NCBI GenBank assembly: GCA_016839445.1
Contig: JAEOUG010000071.1
Coordinates: 1 to 19,179, forward strand
DNA: 19,179 nucleotides
Direction: 5' to 3'
DNA from: Candidatus Thorarchaeota archaeon
Lineage (GTDB): Archaea > Asgardarchaeota > Thorarchaeia > Thorarchaeales > Thorarchaeaceae
In this document: positions 16,194 through 19,179 of the stretch, one piece after another
How the letters are laid out: the number at the start of each line of letters is the position of its first letter
How positions within the stretch are numbered: position 1 is the stretch's first letter
The notes under the pieces: generated by a model
Told to the model about the DNA's origin: nothing
Databases searched by the model: none
Seen by the model: only the letters and a program-made list of their open reading frames with translations
Made by a program: the position numbers and the translations under genes

Positions 16194-18592
16194 TATAGAG
16201 AGTGCTCCGTTCGTCTGATGATCTCTTCCTGTAATTCACGTCCCACTTGAGTGAAGAATGCATTGTAACCAGTGACGCGTACCATAAGGTTGGAGTAGGA
16301 ATCAGGATTCTTTTGCGCGTCACGCAGAGTCTTCGAGTCAATGATGTTAATCTGGAGCGCAGTTCCACCCACTTCGTTGTATGCCCGTAGCATGGCCGCT
16401 AGCTTCTCGATGTGTTCCGGTGTGCTCACCATGGAAGGACTGAGTGTGATTGTGTGAGATGCTCCGTTCGGCACGGTTTCCAGACCCAGCTTTCCAACCG
16501 ACCTAATGGAGGCAGTAGGCCCATTGGCATCCATGCCTTGGACTGCGCCGACCCCACCCGATAGAAACTCGCCTCGCTTCCTGCCATCAGGTGTTGCGGC
16601 AGTGAGTGGAGCCAACGGGATGTAGTAGTTCCATGAGAGATAGCCAGCACGGTATTTCCTGCCCGTGTATTCATTCTTCAACTTGAAGACCAACGTAGAC
16701 CAGAATATCGACAGCTCGCGGGCAATGGAGTCAACGTAGTCGTCGTCATTGCCGAACTTCGGGGCCTTGTTCCGTAGAAGCTGCCTGAGTTCCTCATAGC
16801 CCTCATAGTTGGATTCTATGGCCGCGACCAGATCCTTCATGGAGACCCTCTTTTCCTCATAGACCAACTTCTTCACGGCGGCAACTGAATCGGCCAATGT
16901 GGCAATCCCCATAGCCTCCATGGTGTTGAAGTTGTAGTCGGTCCCACCTTGGTTGATGTCCTTGCCTCGCCGAGCGCACCCATCCATAAGAGCGCTCAGA
17001 TAGGGGGTAAGCTGGTACTTGGCTCGCAACGTGTCCGCCATGTTACCTGCTTTTGTGAGGGTATGAATGAGTGATGAGATCTGTCGCTTCACTGCAACAA
17101 GGAATTGACCGTAGTCTGAGAAGTCCAAGGGTCTCCCGGTCCTGGGACCAATCTGCTCGCCAGTAGCTTGATCCTTGCCATCATTAAGTGCCAGCTCGAC
17201 TGCCTTAGCTAGATTGATGTTGACATCCACTGTGTCGGATCTATCATTGCCCTGCATTGTGTTCTCAAGACACCCGACAACTCCGTAATCCCAAGCCTCC
17301 TCTCTTGGCACACCTTGCCAGACAAGGCCATCGATGCTATGTTCGTCGAAGTTGAGCAGAAATGGCGAACCTTGAGCCTTTGCCACGAGCTCTGCCACAC
17401 GCATGAGGAAATCCTGTGGAGTATTCCTGTGCAGTCTGATGTTTGGCTTCGGCTCAAGGAGGTTCATCTCCTCAATTATCTCTAGAGCAACCCACGTCAA
17501 TTCATTTGTGAGGTCTTCTCCATTGGGTCCACATCCGCTCAGAGTTATGAGCTGCCCGAAGCTGGAGTTGATGCCTTGATTGATTCCTAGTCGCCCTTGG
17601 TAATCATAGACGTAGTTGTGCTTGATCCAGTAGCAGCGCAGCAACTCCTTGGCCTCTTCTCTAGTGAGAATACCCGAAGTAACATCATTCTCGTAGAAGG
17701 GATACATGTACTGGTCCCATCGTCCATGGGAGAGGCCGGCCCCAGGATATGATTCAGCTGCCATCACGAGCATATGGGTCAGCCAAAGCGACTGGAGCGC
17801 CTCCCAGAAGGAACTGGGCGGCTTCCAAGGAACTCTGCTGCAGATTTCAGCTATCTTCAGGAGCTCTTCTCGGCGTCGTGGTTCTTGCTCCTTACGTGCC
17901 AACTCCTCGGCCTTCCACGAGTAGCGCTGCGCGAACTCGCGAGCAGTCTCGCAGCTCAACACGACTGATTCTACAAACTCCCTGTGAGAGGGCGTCAAGT
18001 CCTGTTCAAGAAGCTCGCGATACTCCTTTGCCAGACCCTCGAATCCGACACGCATCACCTTGGCATAGTTGGGAATCAAGTGACCAGGAACAGACGAGGC
18101 AGTGCCAACACCCAGATCAGTGAGCCTGGTTGCTTCAGCAAACCACTTGTTGGTTTCCTTCTTTCTGGCTTTTGCCTCAGACTTGTTCAAGCATTTGGAG
18201 AGAGCCGTGTTGAAGTTGAAGCCAACGATAAGCTCACCATCGATAATCTCCACAGGCATGTACTTCGTCATAGCCTCATGGAAGAACACAGCTCGACGAA
18301 GGGGCAATGACATGTCAAAGAAATCAGAAGGGAGGTCTACACGCACGGCCAGAGCCTTCAAGGTTTCATTGATAGAGGGGAAGAATCGATAGATTGCTGG
18401 CTCGTTTGCCAGGTCGTGGAACGAGTAGACCTCATCCCATTCGGTGCCCGTGGTGAAGGGCAGAGGCTCATTGGTGAGTGCCCTTTCATGGAATGAATAG
18501 AAATGAGAACGTAGGTATTTCACGCGGTCTGAGAGATTCTCTGAGGGAGACCAGATCTTGATGGACGCAGGAGCTGATTCTTCGGAGGTCAT
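16193..18592 (-). CDS. Glycyl radical enzyme (PFL2/dehydratase-type, substrate unknown)
   Basis: Cys loop VVGCLEN, Gly loop MVRVTGYNAFF, GRWDQYMYPFY, PKFGNDD, ATPDGR, LQIN. ATG 18592 gives 799 aa; stop overlaps the activase start (TAATG). Confidence 0.95.
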   Translation of the reverse strand: MTSEESAPASIKIWSPSENLSDRVKYLRSHFYSFHERALTNEPLPFTTGTEWDEVYSFHDLANEPAIYRFFPSINETLKALAVRVDLPSDFFDMSLPLRRAVFFHEAMTKYMPVEIIDGELIVGFNFNTALSKCLNKSEAKARKKETNKWFAEATRLTDLGVGTASSVPGHLIPNYAKVMRVGFEGLAKEYRELLEQDLTPSHREFVESVVLSCETAREFAQRYSWKAEELARKEQEPRRREELLKIAEICSRVPWKPPSSFWEALQSLWLTHMLVMAAESYPGAGLSHGRWDQYMYPFYENDVTSGILTREEAKELLRCYWIKHNYVYDYQGRLGINQGINSSFGQLITLSGCGPNGEDLTNELTWVALEIIEEMNLLEPKPNIRLHRNTPQDFLMRVAELVAKAQGSPFLLNFDEHSIDGLVWQGVPREEAWDYGVVGCLENTMQGNDRSDTVDVNINLAKAVELALNDGKDQATGEQIGPRTGRPLDFSDYGQFLVAVKRQISSLIHTLTKAGNMADTLRAKYQLTPYLSALMDGCARRGKDINQGGTDYNFNTMEAMGIATLADSVAAVKKLVYEEKRVSMKDLVAAIESNYEGYEELRQLLRNKAPKFGNDDDYVDSIARELSIFWSTLVFKLKNEYTGRKYRAGYLSWNYYIPLAPLTAATPDGRKRGEFLSGGVGAVQGMDANGPTASIRSVGKLGLETVPNGASHTITLSPSMVSTPEHIEKLAAMLRAYNEVGGTALQINIIDSKTLRDAQKNPDSYSNLMVRVTGYNAFFTQVGRELQEEIIRRTEHSL

Positions 18593-18639
18593 GGCAATCG
18601 CACATCCGGCTGTTCGCAATCCAACTGGCAACGATGCAT

Positions 18640-18771
18640 CTAATAAGAATACATATTCTGATAGAATCTGCCCGATTTGGCATCAGTACGATGGTGCGAC
18701 TGGCGCTAGCCTTAAAAGTGGTACACTTTCTCTGGGCGGCATTCGCCCCGAATCAGAATACAGTCTATTAG
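18640..18771. promoter_or_regulatory. Divergent control region with nested inverted repeats and a central TATA-like box
   Basis: TATTCTGAT(18654-62)/ATCAGAATA(18752-60), CTAATA(18640-45)/TATTAG(18766-71), AAAGTG-gta-CACTTT(18715-29) overlapping TTAAAA(18712-17). Confidence 0.55.
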
Positions 18772-18783
18772 GAAGGCCATAGA

Positions 18784-19179
18784 ATGAGACAAGCAAGCAG
18801 ACTGCTGGCAGTACTACTCCTCACGTTCATGATTGCAGGATCATCGCAAGTTCAGATGACAGTCCCCCTTGAGGATGCTGGCCAGACCCTAGAGCTTTCC
18901 GAGTCGCACATCAAAGTACCTGCGGGCTACGACTCTCCTAACATCACAGCCATACTCGTGAGCCCGAATAACGGAACCACAGTTTCAGGTACTTTCGATA
19001 TCACCCTCAACATAACCTCTGACTTCGGGCCTGTGAACCTCACCCTTTTCATTGAAGATCAGATCTACGCCGCGTACAACCACACAACCGTAGGTGCTGG
19101 CAACAACTGGACTCAGGTCTGCACTGTTGATACGACGTCACTTGCTGAAGGTATGCTGAACTTCACTGTGCTTCTAGAG
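18784..19179 (+). CDS. Secreted/surface glycoprotein with Ig-like beta-sandwich domain; runs off the right edge
   Basis: Not in the ORF track; translated by hand: MRQASRLLAVLLLTFMIAGSS (signal peptide)...SPNNGTTVSGTFDITLNITSD...VDTTSLAEGMLNFTV; frame open for 132 codons to the edge. Confidence 0.85.
   Translation, partial: MRQASRLLAVLLLTFMIAGSSQVQMTVPLEDAGQTLELSESHIKVPAGYDSPNITAILVSPNNGTTVSGTFDITLNITSDFGPVNLTLFIEDQIYAAYNHTTVGAGNNWTQVCTVDTTSLAEGMLNFTVLLE

Noticed and set aside
15615-16250. 211-aa plus-strand ORF
   Set aside because: Antisense shadow of the activase and GRE genes with no recognisable motifs.
16193-18592. Annotation as pyruvate formate-lyase (pflB)
   Set aside because: Lacks the adjacent Cys-Cys pair, and the activase has the ferredoxin insertion absent from PflA.
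18664-18744. Possible tRNA because of the cloverleaf-like folding
   Set aside because: No T-loop TTCRA, no 7-nt anticodon loop and no proper acceptor stem on either strand.

Overview
Archaeal chromosomal window with about 18 densely packed CDSs and no tRNA, rRNA, CRISPR array or mobile element that I can support. The gene set (group II chaperonin, Rpo6/RpoK, AK6/Fap7-type kinase, Ard1-type acetyltransferase, MEMO1, archaeal HisRS) is archaeal. An Asgard (Thorarchaeia-like) origin is plausible but is inference only. Left to right: a secreted M28-fold protein cut by the left edge, an orphan gamma-class N6-adenine DNA methyltransferase, a 4-TM hypothetical protein, AK6, ard1-DUF89, thermosome-rpoK, a DUF4010/MgtC membrane protein, hisS and MEMO1. 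A minus-strand block follows, in transcription order: glycyl radical enzyme, activase, tandem FMN-split-barrel protein, GNAT, ACT regulator, MFS transporter. A heavily N-glycosylated Ig-like surface protein is cut by the right edge. Most notable: (1) RNA polymerase subunit Rpo6 carrying an N-terminal tandem helix-hairpin-helix domain on a basic/Pro linker; (2) a translationally coupled non-PFL glycyl radical enzyme operon with a flavin-binding-type partner; (3) an M28 homologue whose conserved Glu-Glu is replaced by His-His; (4) structured or palindromic intergenic elements upstream of the thermosome, hisS and the GRE operon.
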